The notes beneath the pieces were generated by a model, which saw only the letters and a list, made by a program, of their open reading frames with translations, did not search any database and had not been told where the DNA came from. The position numbers and the translations under genes are program-made. A stretch of DNA of 64,000 nucleotides from Botryllus schlosseri (lineage: Eukaryota), in contig CM119372.1 in the NCBI GenBank assembly GCA_051294905.1, positions 35,962,001 through 36,026,000 on the forward strand. The letters are read 5' to 3'. Shown here piece after piece: positions 34,004 through 47,212 of this stretch. Each line of letters begins with the position of its first letter. The first letter of the stretch is position 1.

Positions 34004-36191
34004 CCCTAGACTGCTCAGGTGGATTATCGTTCCACGATCGCTCTGGTGGGGTCGATTAGACCCCATAAGTTAATATGCTTTTTTCTTACCAATTTCGCTA
34101 TACAGCTGTCTAATAACCTCTTGCATGACGTTATAACGATGCATCTTTCCTTTTTGAACCCTACTGTCTACCCATTGTAAAGTTCCGGCTGAGGCGTAAC
34201 GCCAATACGCAAATGGCGATATGGGGTCAAACCCCCCATCAATTAATTATAATAACAAAGAAATAACAACAAGACAAGACAATACAATACAACAATGCAA
34301 CAAAGTAACAACGACAACAACAAAGTAGATTCAATCCGAATCATCCGGCTCCATGCACTCTTGACATGTCACTATTTTCACAGAGTATGTTTGGCAGACA
34401 AATTCCCCACATTTTCCACTTTTTTTCTGATGTTTTCCGGTCTTATGCTCTACCGCAAAGACAGCATCTGCCACGTGCAGCTTTGGAGAGCTTTGCTGGT
34501 GGAATTGTACTGTCTTCTCCCGGAAAAATTCTTTTAGACGCGATTTTGTGCGGACGCGTAAGTGAGTATTTTTTTCTTCGCCTGGACACTGCATTTTTCT
34601 TTGTTAGGGTCAGTGCAATTTCCATTGCAAATCCTTTGTGTGTTTGTTTCTTCGCGCGGTTACATTTAGCCAGCGAAGATAATATATAGCCGTTGCATGC
34701 AGACAAGTTCATCAATCCAAAGAAGATCGTCAGAGGCCAGTGCTTACTATTGCGAGAACAGGAATAGTTTGCCACCATTCTGTCTGCCACGTCGACGCCA
34801 CCTTTTGTTTGATTATAAAATGTTATTATATCTGATTTCCAAGCGTCACCAGAGCTTTCATCAATTTTATCATCGTGATGCTGGCTACTCACCATGGTAA
34901 GAATTTTCTTTGAGCCTTTGCCCTTTGAAGATATGACAGCAGTGTCATATATTTTTGAAATCCAAAAATGCTGCTGTACACCTCCCTCCCCGCAGAGAAA
35001 TGAACGCAGGAGGTATCTCTCTCTTGTTCTTTCAAAGGGTGCCAACTGCCGTCAGTTTATGGTCGTGAAGCAATGATGTCATCAAGGGTATACTGGTGTA
35101 CCAGTTATCGAATGTGATGTTTCGGCCAGATCCTGATATATCAGACACCAGCCGTGTCATTTCTTCTTTGGCCGAGTTGTCGACTTTGTACGGCCAGTCC
35201 AGTTACATCCCGCAATAAATTTCAAAATTGTAGGTGTAGCAAGTCTTTGCATCACACAGGGCATGTAGTTTGATGCCATATTTTGCCGGTTCGTTTCGAA
35301 TAACTGTCGGAAAGAACACCGTCCTCGAAACCCCCAAAGCATTTCGTCAATGGTCACAAATTCAGACAACACGTAATTTCTCTTGAAGGTGTTCAATATC
35401 ATATCCGATATTGTTCGAATTATCGCAAATTTGTCATTTTTTCTATCTTCGCGTGTGGTAATGTCATCAAGCCGAAGACATCGCAAAGTGAATCGGAATC
35501 TTTCGCATGACATTGTTACCTTGAAGATATCAAAACTCATCAATTGACTATCATGAGCTTTATGAACCCCAGCCAGAAGAAGAAGACCAATGACAGCTTC
35601 CATCTCCACCGAATTACTTGACCCTACCCTGCACTTCTCTTTGTAGTTTTGGGCTTCTTCAGGTGTCTTCTTGTTTGTAAATTCAACAAGTAAATCTATC
35701 ACTTGTGGTGTGAAGAAGAGCTTCCAATAATCAATGCAGTTATCAGCTTCTAGTGCGGGCCCAGTGAGACCCGGTGAAAACTTTATCATATTCGCTGCAC
35801 TTCGACTGGCAGTCGGAGCAGTCTTTCTCCAAAACGTGGTACCGTCTTTTCCTAACCACCCATCACTGCCAGCTTCACCTTCTTCAGGATTTTCTTGATC
35901 ATCTCGTAGACTGCAAGTGACAGAACCAATGCCAAGCAGCAACTAAAAGTCACAATGAGGAGATAATTACTTAGTCTGCCCACTATACTTGCAAAATCAG
36001 ACCTATGCGCAATCAATAGCTCATTGCGGCGAGGTATTAGCGATAATCAGCTAATGCTTTATTCCGAATGATAGTGTATAACACCATTGAGGATTACATG
36101 TCTGGTAATAACAATCCGACCGCACAAAAAAATATGGCTCACATTTTTGTTCGCCTGGGGTCTTTTTGACCCCAACCTGAGCAGTCTAGGG
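34004..36191 (-). mobile_element. piggyBac DNA transposon, defective
   Basis: 17-bp TIRs CCCTAGACTGCTCAGGT / ACCTGAGCAGTCTAGGG flanked by TTAA at 34000-34003 and 36192-36195. Confidence 0.95.
34331..35942 (-). pseudogene. piggyBac transposase, frameshifted
   Basis: Fragments TIDEMLWGFRGRCSFRQ, FYNQTKGGVDVADRM, HWPLTIFF and a Cys-rich C-terminus spread across several frames. Confidence 0.92.
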
Positions 36192-37771
36192 TTAAACATT
36201 ATATGCAGGACTGCCTACGGATTTTCGGAGACACATGCGCAATTACCGTGACCATTTATCTGCTCTGGAATGTATGTATCGAAAATTATATTGCGTGTTG
36301 TTGGTTAACACTCATTTTAACTCTGGATAACCAACGATGGCGTCACAAACGCATCCAGCACGACCAGTATGATGTGAAATAACGCTTTCGGTAAATTTTG
36401 AGGGTTACCGATATCGGTTCACAATGCGTTTTATGTTGCAGTTATAGACGATTGTCTTGCATACTGGTGTGTTTGTGTGTCTTTGTGTACTCAGACAACC
36501 AAATAGCTGACCTGTAATGACAAAGGTTTTGGGTAGTGGGGAATGAAGGCAAAAAGTTTAGGAACCACTGCCCTAGGCAAAGTATTTCAGCGACCTCAAG
36601 CAATGCTCTTATAATTTCGAATAAATGCAGGTAGACTTATGTCTGTAAAATTATGCGTGTTTTATTTGGAAGTGGCTATACGTGGGTACGATGAAATGAA
36701 GAAATAGTACTACTAATAAAGCGTGCGAGGCTTAACTGATACTTCAAATTGACTAATTCTGAACAGAATACTATAGTTAGTTGTGAGTGGCGAAATAGCA
36801 TGGTAGTATAATCCACAGTTACAACACAAATGGGTTGCTTGTTCGAGTGCGACCCGGCTCGACTCCAGAATTCCTACTTAAGTGTTGAAGGTTTATCTAG
36901 GCTCCTCCTCGCCATCTCATCCTTGTATGAGCTGTCTAATAAAAGCCTAGAAGTGGGCCGTGCTGCAAGTCGGCAGATACGGAATCGAGAATAAGAAATA
37001 TCGGCGTGGTATAAATGACCATAGTAGTCGATAAACACGATGAATACCACAAACCACACCAACAACATTTATATACTTTGTGTTGATTACCGATATAATG
37101 TCGGGCCTACACCTAGCTTAATCTAAAAATTATTTGTCTGTAATTTTGTATATTTCAAAGAATGAAATTTGCGGATCGTTAGAATTTTCGCAACGTGATT
37201 CGTGGTCCTACAAAATGGTCTCGCAGACCCCAAAAGGAACGTGGACACCAGTTTAAATACCACTAATTTATAATACGATGAATTCAATGCTGAATGGAGT
37301 ACATCAAACTACAGAACGTTCCTAACATCAGGACGGGCTTGCGCATCATCAATTTCTGTAAATCACCATGAAGAACGTATCCTGTACCTCCTACAAACCA
37401 GTCGCTTCAGACTGGCATCGCATTTGTCCAAGATTCGTTTCGCCTCTAACCCGCTCATCAAATCGTAGCTGACACAGTCGACAATGCACTTTTGTATTTT
37501 CGCAAATTATGATATATACTGGACTTTCCTTCTGTCATCCAAACAACTCGACAAGGTTTTCTAATATACTTGCTCCACCGCGTTGATCGACCTCGGTTCA
37601 TCCTTTCACGTGACAAGCTGGTATATTAGTGGTTCCCGAAGTCGCCGATTTTAAGAGCGAAACAGGTATTGTAGTAGAGATAATATACAAGCGAAAGCGA
37701 AAGTAACTGGATACAACCTACTCGAATTCTACCGAAAACTAGAAATTTAATCTTATTGACGATCTCTATAG

Positions 37772-38057
37772 CAGGGTTGCCATATGTCCTGTTTTAATAG
37801 GATTTCGTCTTTTTCAATAAATTGAAAGTGTTCACGAAGGACCCCCAAAGTTCCTCTTTTTTTTGGGGGGGGGGGATGCATTCCTTTTCTATAAAAAATG
37901 TTATAATGCGATCAAAACCTAGATTCCAATGTACCGAACGACATTCTGGGAAAGATAATATACGAGTCAAGTCCCGTTTTCGTTTCCGGAATGACTACTT
38001 TCAGAATTTGTTTAATAGTGTGTCCACTTTATCGGATCTCAAAATAGAGTAGCCCTG
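37772..38057. mobile_element. Old hAT-like MITE remnant
   Basis: CAGGGTTGCC .. GTAGCCCTG ends; flanks CTCTATAG/CTTTAAAG (6/8). Confidence 0.5.
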
Positions 38058-40572
38058 CTTTAAAGGGACGATAAAAATATGTTGATGAATCGGACCCGCC
38101 CTGGCGTCAATTACTGGAGTGTCGACTACACAAATTAAACCACCGAAAATGTGAATGATTAGTTGATTTTTATTTCAACTTCAGATCTGCAAATCTTAAC
38201 ACATGGAAATGAAGTACATTATCAAGATAAAATCCTAGCATACATGTTAACAGCAATGAAGTATCCACTGACAATGTGAAAATCTTCATATATCAGCAAA
38301 GAGACGAAAAGTGAATAATCAAACCAATTCACAATGGATCTATCAGAAATGTAAAGACTTCAAAATAGAAATTTTGGCTCCCTTTGAGTTCAAACTTGCG
38401 TGCTATAGTGTAACTGCTATACCGTCCTATCATTATTCTACATCCCGGATTAAAATTCGCCTCCAAACATCTTCCTAATGCATGTCATAAAAGTAATTAA
38501 ATTTATTATTGGATTAAGCATTCAACCGGCATCCAGTCAGGTGGATTTTAGAAGTTATAGAAAGTTTTCAGGACTCGCGAGGCGTTGACACTTAAAACCG
38601 TGCATATTTGATGTCTCTATTGGCATTCATACGCAACCTACAGTTGTATCATAATTTCATTTGATAGTACTCTGATTATGTATTTTTAAGTTTTCGTAGT
38701 CTATTATATCATATCATATCATACGAAATGTGAAAACAACACATCCTGTACCTATGATAAACATACCTTTTATTTTTTGATTTTTTTTTCATTTTTATGT
38801 ATCTATTATTCGGTACATATTTTTGTATTCAATCATTTAAATGCTATAAAAACAAAATAATCAGTAATGCATGGTTGAGGAGCATCTTAGAGGTACAGAA
38901 CTACAATATACAATTCAATAATATATTCATATTCAAATGGATCCGAATATTTTCTGCTGGCACTCGTCAGGGGTAATCATCAGCAACTAGTAGAGAATTG
39001 GAAACTGAATGAGTGTATATTGTAAGATGTATTCAATCTTGTTGATTTGGGTTGGACAACGATCAGTGATTTGATGGAGAAATTAAACCTGGTATGAAAT
39101 ATTTTGCCGCCAGGATTTTGAAAATAAAACTCTCATGGCCATTATAAAATATACAATATGACAACCAGTCAACCGAGAAGCAAATGATGGCCACTTGATA
39201 TCCCGCTATTGCAATGAATACATACAACACAAACAAAAAAAGCCATGTAATATAGCAAAGCGCCTTTTTTTCCTGCGCACAAATCAGCAAATTATTGATA
39301 TTAAACTATCCGCTGCGCAAATACAAAGCACGAACACGACGTTCCCCGGTATAACCATCGTTTTTCCCAAATGAAACGTTGTGCTTTTGGTTACATAATT
39401 GTCAAAGGCATAACGTAAACAACACCACAAAATTGATCACGTGACAACTGCATCAATTGAATGCGAAATCGTCAGCTAGAATCTCTAATGTAACATAGTC
39501 ATCCTACTGTCGACACTTCACCTTCGTTGGATAATGCTTGGCGTTTATGCATCTTCTTCCTTCTGTCTATTTCTATAGAAAAAAATAACTCTGAATAAAG
39601 AAATGCCCTTTTTAATGAAAAAAAATTTGTTGTGAGTCTTTGAGGACCTTAAGCACAAAATGCATCAGTACTAGTAGATATGAACCGTTGGATATCCAAT
39701 GACATTGGTACGGCCGGTCATATGAAGACAATTAATCATTCAAGTACCGATATAGTACAGCTTATGATGACAAGTGATTTACGTTTTAGGGGGTGTAAAA
39801 GAAATTTGGATCAACATATAATATTTTTCCATATCACCTTCCAGACTAACAAACCCGCAATAATTATTGATGAGTAGTATAGGTTTTGTATCGGGGTATA
39901 TAATGGCGCATATTTTTTGAATCAATACCATCCTCAAGTGAACTATTTTCAATGCAACTGCAAAATCTATAGGGTCGGGGACCTATGGTACCATAGCCAA
40001 TTCAAGCAAGATAGTTGGACTAACTAAACACTTAACAACAGAAACACGCCTACATATATAGAGGCTGTAAATCATAGTTAGTTATGGTGTTTTATCGCTA
40101 TTGCGAGGTATTTGAAAGTCAAAATGTCGATTTGCCGGTAATATGTATTTGGCGGAAATCGAAACGTGATGTTATCCCAAAATTTGAGTTGATACAATCT
40201 ATTTTATTCTTGAAGGTGGCGAAGAAACATTCTTGATTGGCTTACTGTTGTTTAGGCTATAGTACACAACAAAACAGGGTAAAAAATTTGAGATTTAAGC
40301 GTATGTCTCATAAGTAGGGCAATTTTTTTTTGACCTAAAAAACGGAAGATTTTGACCTAAAAAATCTAAATTTTGACTTTTTTTGACCTAAAAAAACTGA
40401 AATTTGACCAAATTTTGACCTTACGTATGCAAATTAGGTGTTTTCGCACATAATGTCAAAATTGTACTACTTATCTTCATTTCTGGTTGGAACTGTCTGT
40501 CCTTAGAAAGTAGATCGGCCTGAAAAAACGTTTTGGGCACAAAAACTAGCAAATTTTTACATGAAAAAACTA

Positions 40573-40986
40573 TTGAATAGTATATTCATATTGAAATGAA
40601 CCGGAATATTTTCGGCTGACACTCGTCAGGGGTAATCGTCAGCAACTAGTAGAGAATTGGAAAGAACATGGTATATCAACAATCGTATCTCAAACTATGA
40701 CGTCATTTGTGTGACTTGAAGTCGACTTTTATCAAAATACACCAACCAAAACTCTGTCAACAAAAGGAGTTCGTGTACCACCTAAAAATAGTACATTGAA
40801 CGCCCTCTCTTTCATGCTGGTGACGTCATATTTTGTGATACGATTGTTGATATACCATGTTCTTTCCAATTCTCTACTAGTTGCTGACGATTACCCCTGA
40901 CGAGTGTCAGCCGAAAATATTCGGGTTCATTTCAATATGAATATACTATTCAATTGTATATTGAAGTTCTGCACCTCCAAGAAGCC
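40573..40986. mobile_element. Penelope-like insertion: inverted ~133-bp arms with a 13-bp TSD
   Basis: Arms 40573-40706 and 40821-40953 are near-perfect inverted copies; flanked by CATGAAAAAACTA at 40560-40572 and 40987-40999; related solo copy at ~38880-39004. Confidence 0.7.
40893..40926 (+). ncRNA. Minimal type I hammerhead ribozyme motif
   Basis: ACCC-CTGACGA-G(TGTCAGC)C-GAAA-ATAT-TC-GGGT: stem I ACCC/GGGT, 1-bp stem II, palindromic stem III AATATT, UUC cleavage triplet. Confidence 0.65.
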
Positions 40987-42358
40987 CATGAAAAAACTAG
41001 TATTTTAACGAAATCTGGCCCTATGAAGAATTCCAGTAGCTACATTACGTATTATGGTGGAAATAATTTAAATTTGTTGTAGTACAACGAACGAAAGATA
41101 GCTTACTTTCCTACATTCTCGGGTAGAAAGTATTTGTCCTTACTAAGTAGCTTGCCAAGAATGGAGAAAGAACGTTAAACAGCAGCGGTTGTTGGCTGAG
41201 AACACTGGAGTTGTGTGCACACTGCTGGTGACACACCGTGTTGCTTCATTCTGACAATGTTGTCTATATCACAATTTTTCAGCTTGCGCTTCTTGATATA
41301 AGAATCATGCAATGTCAAAGCAGTCTTGCTTCAGTTAGGATATTGCGGTACGTTGACCATAAAACCATGTCACTATTTGTTTCATTTGATCGTTTATGAT
41401 TCACAATGAGCTGACGATGGGTCATTTACAACAGTAGGCCTATAAAGTAGGCTACAAGCTGTAAAATATCAGGTGATAAATTCACCGACAGCGCAAAATC
41501 TACAATACAAACAAAATTCAGAGGTAAAAAAATGTTTGACTTTGTAAACAATTTTGACAAATTTTGACCTAACGCTACAATTTTGACCTAATTTTGACTT
41601 TTTTAGACATGTCAAAAAAAAATTGCCCTACTCATAAGTCCTGTGGTCGTATGCCATTGGACCGATGGTACGTTCGTACAGCAAATTTCGAACGTTTATA
41701 AATATTTTTTGTAAAGGAGGATATCCGTGTAAATGTCCGCAATAGGCAGAGCTTGTATCAAAGTGCTGAGACAGCAAAAGATCTGCTATTCTCGGCTGAG
41801 GATTTTAGGGCCAGAGATCATTGTGCAATTTTTGATCCATCGGTACCACGGGTACCACCGGCTTCTCATGATATATACATATGCGATGCACAAGGAAGAT
41901 ACGGAAATGTACTTGTAACGCTTTCTAATTGTTACACCAGGCCCCCATGCTACCCCACTACCCCGCTCAACCCTTGCGATATCCTGTCGGTTGTCTGAGT
42001 AAACCGGCATCCGCAAAATCAGTCTGCATTCACCCAGGATATTTTTGTCTTGGCAGCCTTCACTGCTGAATGATGAGAGGCGTCAATTCTCAATATACAA
42101 TAAAACGTATCCACTGAGCTAAAAAATCGTTCAGGAAAGGAAGGGGCTGAATCTGTCAGCATCTTGTTGGTGACTAAATCACTGTGATAAGTCCATGGAT
42201 AAGAGCTCTCATTCACGGTTGCATAGAAGATGCGAGAATACTTTTATAAATATTTATTGAATACGAAAACAACAAAAACCGTATGAAATCGTTCATTAAC
42301 ACTGTTCCACAATGTTTTCTATGTGAACAAGCTATTCTCTGTTAGTTATATTCTAACA

Positions 42359-43855
42359 CAGGGCTCTTCAACCGGGTGTATCGAACACCGCAGGGTGTAC
42401 CAAAATTATAAAAGGGTGTACCACTCAGATGGGGTGTACTGGGGTGTACCAGATCCGCATTAAAATGGACCAATGACTAGGTATCACAATAAATAGGCGT
42501 GTTTGTGTCTGAAGCACATGTTGATCAGGTGTACAATATCGTACAATGTTCATTGTTCATATCAGCCTAGCGCAGCCTGTAAATTACATTCCTTTTGTGA
42601 TGTCATAAGAAAATGCTTCTTATCATTTAAACGTGGGTAGTGCAGTCATTGGCTCATTCTGGAGTAGAACAAGATGGAGTAGACATCTGGTCAGCTACCG
42701 ATATATGTCTATAATGATTCTTGGGGAAATCTCCGCGAGAGCTCAGACATTTTGAATTAGTATTTCCTGTGAGATGCATATAAATAGCGCAGTGTGCATA
42801 ATTGCAGGGGCGTAGCCAGGGGAGGGGGTCGAGTTTGATAACCACTACACTAGATGGTGGTCCGGTAACCTTGAGCCATCATTAGTATTTAGCACTTCCA
42901 ATACGTTGCAGCCTTGCTCGTCCTTATTTCAACAGGCCAGAGGTGGCCAACCTGCAGACGTACTGTCGCATGCAGCCGTGAAACATAAATTATGCGGCTC
43001 TCTACATATCATTAAACTAGCGTGTGTTGGCGGCCGTCAACAAGCTATTTGAATCAACGAATTAGTTCCCAAATCTTAGAGAGACCTAGATTCAGCCTTA
43101 AAATTTTATTCACGCATGGCCCGATTCAGGGTGACTTGGATAATTGGATTATTCGTTTTTAATATAATAGTGTAATCTGAGCGATTCTAATATATGATTA
43201 GACTATGTCTACAATCCTAGTGAGGGGTAAAAAATATCAACATGCAACAAACCTATTAATAAAAAGTGGAAGACGCGTCATCATTAATTTTGTGCCCAAA
43301 ATTTTCGAAGGCACTTCCTCCATCATCTCTACCTGTTAATCTGATCACGTGGGCTAGCAATGGATAAATATTTTTCAGTGATATATGAAACAACCAATAT
43401 TATCAACGAAATGAAATTTCCAGTTCGAAATTTTTTTCTCGCTCTCTGCGACTAAAATAGGAATTCAGATAATTTTTCTTATCTTTTATACTCGGGATTT
43501 TGGTACAAGCCTGCGGAAGGTGTTCTACTGCTACATTTAAAATATTTATACGCAAGGTATATCTCAAGAAATCAGTGATGGCTCAGAACACCACCGGGGC
43601 TCTCCGCGGTGCGAAGTTCCCAGTAGCCAATTTTAACATGTGTATATAACTTCCAGATGGGACATGACGACTCTCCGCCGGAATACGGCCGTGTGCTATA
43701 TATGTAATCGAAATACGGCCGTGATTAGCAAAAAGGATGAGCACCCCTGAATTAGGCTTACTATACGTAGTCAGTGTTTTATGTGGCTAGGGGTATACGA
43801 GTTTCCACTAAACGTTAAAAGGTTGCACCACGACAGAAAAGGTCAAAGAGCACTG
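42359..43855. mobile_element. Old non-autonomous hAT element with nested fragments
   Basis: CAGGGCTCTTCAACC .. GGTCAAAGAGCACTG; TSD TTCTAACA/TTCTAGCA; internal CAGAGGTGGCCAACC..CACCCCTG segment. Confidence 0.7.
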
Positions 43856-46800
43856 TTCTAGCAGATTATATTTTAAATATGTCTTAAAATTTGTTTATTC
43901 CGAAAATAGATTATACGGCTAGTTTAGCTGACACTAAATATGTTTCGCATGTCACTATCGTCTGCACACATGACGAAGGCCAAAATTGAAGTTTTTTTTA
44001 GTTTTTTTCAAAAATAAGATTGTTTTAAAAAGTAGGTTTTATGAATTCTGTAAATAAAGATGTCAACAAGAATGTGAAGGAGTTTATATGAAACGATAAA
44101 ACAAGTGTTTCCTGTAAAGTGAGTGTTTCGTGAAAATGTTTTAGCTGAAGTTCAAATATGGGGATATTTACTGGGTTACAATACACGGCGCATAATACTG
44201 TTAAAATGCAAATATCTTGAAACATAAAGTATTAGCAAAAAATTGGATGCATAGTCAGATTCATTGACAAAACGTCTTCAGGAATCCCCTAACCTGTTAA
44301 TCATTAACAGTTAATGGAATACAGTGGTTTTCAGAGGAAAATTGCTGCCCAAAGTCTGTTTTTCATGATTGAAGAGCCCCTTGGTGACTCGAAATTGAAG
44401 CCATTGTGTGACGGGAAGGAAGAGGAGAGAAGGCGGCAGAGAGGAGACGGATGTTGAAGGTAATGCATATGCAAATGATAACATCAGTGGATGGATGGAC
44501 TGCGATTTTCGAATTCCTATTTCTATTTAATTCTTCACTTAATAAATGGATACAGCGTCTCAATGTTTCATCGTTAATGTTTGAAACTGAATGTATATGC
44601 GAATTATTACGTGCAGCAGTCGCGACATCTGCTCACCTGTTATAAAAGTCTTGATCCAGTTGCTTCCAGGCATCGAAATCTAGTCGCAATACTAAAACGA
44701 GATATGATAATTTACAGAGTGTCAAATGCAAATAAGTATATACGATATCTAGATCCTCTGTATTTCGTCCTAACACTGAATATGTTGGGTAACATCGAAA
44801 ACACTCATCGGAGTTCGAGTGAGTTTACAGAAGCCAATGTATTCGGTTTCTCTCTCATTGCCCAGAAATCGTGTTATTCTAGAAGTTGTTGACCTTAACA
44901 TATGACTTTGCTGGCTATTGTTCATATTGAAGTAATACGCACTCATGACAGCGTCACGCAACTATCACTGGGGGCTAATATCTCCAGCTGGAGCCCGTTA
45001 TGACGTTTGATATTGCAAATGTCACGTGTGAATCAGACATTTTAATGCGCTGAGTATATTAGAGCGTGAATGAAATTCCTGAGATAGCTTGAAATTTTTG
45101 AACCATGATTCAGAAAATCCTTAGATAATATACCCCACGGGTAGGCAGACTTGCTTAATGCGCAAGCCGCAAATCAAAAATATGAGTTTTAAAAGAGCCA
45201 CAACACAAAAATTCTGAAATACGAATTTGTTCCGTCGCAATGAAAAGTGGATTATCAAATGAAGTTTGTTGTTGTGAGGTGACGTGGTGATACGGTCCGT
45301 TTCCACCTGTGCTGCAGGGTGTTTGAAATCAGTCTGATATGACGTCAAAGCAGTCCTTCAAGTGATGCTGAGCATTTGAGGAAGTGCTCGTTAACCATAA
45401 GAAAAGCAACAACGCGGATATTGTGAATACGCGATATAATGCATCAATTTATAAACAGGATGGATCGCTTTAGCAAAATGGCGAAACGTGTGTGTAATAA
45501 TTACAGAGACGCAATCCAACGTTCAGAGAGCCGCAGTTTGTCCACCCATACTATAGCCTAGGCCTATGTAACAACAGTCCGTACCCATCACATATGGTAA
45601 TAACTCCCGCCGAATAATGTACAAGTCACAGCAGCAACCGTTATAGCCAGAATGCAGCTACAAGATTCTTCACGAAATGTATCATTACACTGGAGCTGCA
45701 GCCATATCTCTGTGGCATTTAGATAAATCGCCTCACTTCATACCCCTCTGCGAAATGATTGGCACACATTTCATCACTCTTCCTAATCTGCCTCCGACTC
45801 ATCCCCACTTCTTTATAAGTCTAATTATGTGGATAATATGTAATGCATCACTTACCTCGCTTTTTCGTGATGCAACAGTACAGTCTCTAGTAACAACTTG
45901 CGACATGTGTATTATATATTCTAATGCATTAAACGTACTGGCCGAGGCTCGGTTTCACGCTACTAATACTGTACAAATGATTAGGAAGTGGTGATGAGTA
46001 GCCTCCGTAATATTGCAGTGGTACATTTAGTGAAAATATTTAGCTGCAGTCCGATTACAGTGCTTACTGAAGTAAAGTGGCTGCCCACAAAAGATTTTCA
46101 CAGTAGCCTACTCATATCTCTAATTTGAGACCACATCATATTTATAGCACATTGCCTCGTTAATTATATTTTTATCGACATGTTATTAGACGGAAGTATC
46201 TGGATAGCTATTTCTTATTCTGTGATGCTTCTGTTATCTGATATATATTCATGAATCACTCCTAACGTGAATGATGCTTTCATCGTAATCACGGGTACCA
46301 ACTTCATTCGGGCCCATGCTATACCGTCGGACTCTCAAATAGTAGGGATGGTGTGAACCTCATGACGTCATGTGACGTCATGGTCATATTGCTAATTCTA
46401 ACCCTGCATTTCAATAAAGTGATAGCCTATATTAATGTATAAGATACCTGGCGACGACACGGGTCACATAATGCCACAATGCTGAAGTACTTATTGACTT
46501 TTTAACCGCCCTCAATTGTATCAACTTGAGCGATGACATGATATGTTAATCCCATAAAATCAATATCTTCCGTCGCTTTTCCAACAATTTCGACGAGGAC
46601 TTGCAAAGGAATATAAGCTTACGTCTTGACGGTCTATGCCAGACCGGACAATGTATTAGGCGCCAGAGTGTTGCTACGTTGATATTGAGCGGAGTGTAAA
46701 GCGGGTATTACCCCAAGTTATACAGCAGTAGCCAACACCCCAGTCGCACGGATTTGATTTTTACGATACAATAAACATGTGAACTCGAGATGAACCCTGT

Positions 46801-47212
46801 ACGCTTGCTGGAATTTTTAAATCAGACAACGATATCAATTTCATTGATTGGTTGAATAAGCATCATTCGCTTACCACCTGCAATCCTACATGTAGCGTAT
46901 TTCGCTCTTCATTTTCTGTGATTGCGGGTCAAGCTCAGAGCTAACTAAATATTCACAAACAAAAAGCTGGATATTTCGAGCAAACTTTTGTAACACAAAG
47001 CACGCAAAATTTTTGAGATTGTCAAGGGCATGATCGTTTAGTGTTGATTTTTACGCTTCCAGCGCCATGCATCGAGTGGCCTGCAGTTGAGATGCAATAA
47101 ATTTCAACCTAAGATGTTATAATGACGTGAAAATTTTAATATATGAAAAAGGTTCACAGTGCAGAACCTACCAAAGTTCGTTTGCGAACGTGAATCTCTA
47201 AATTTCCGAGGT

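Larger units (their letters stand above)
33926..36570. mobile_element. Non-autonomous hAT element, copy 2, interrupted by piggyBac
   Basis: CAGTGGTTTCCCAAC .. GGAACCACTG; TSD CCCTAGAC/CCCTAGGC; sequence on both sides of the piggyBac is colinear with ~28323-28750. Confidence 0.85.
40315..41630. mobile_element. Non-autonomous hAT-like element with TTTTGACC subterminal repeats
   Basis: TIRs TAGGGCAATTTTTTTTTGAC / GTCAAAAAAAAATTGCCCTA; perfect TSD CTCATAAG. Confidence 0.9.

Noticed and set aside
36788..36870. Possible tRNA gene
   Set aside because: Only degenerate A/B-box-like motifs and no cloverleaf; at most a SINE remnant.
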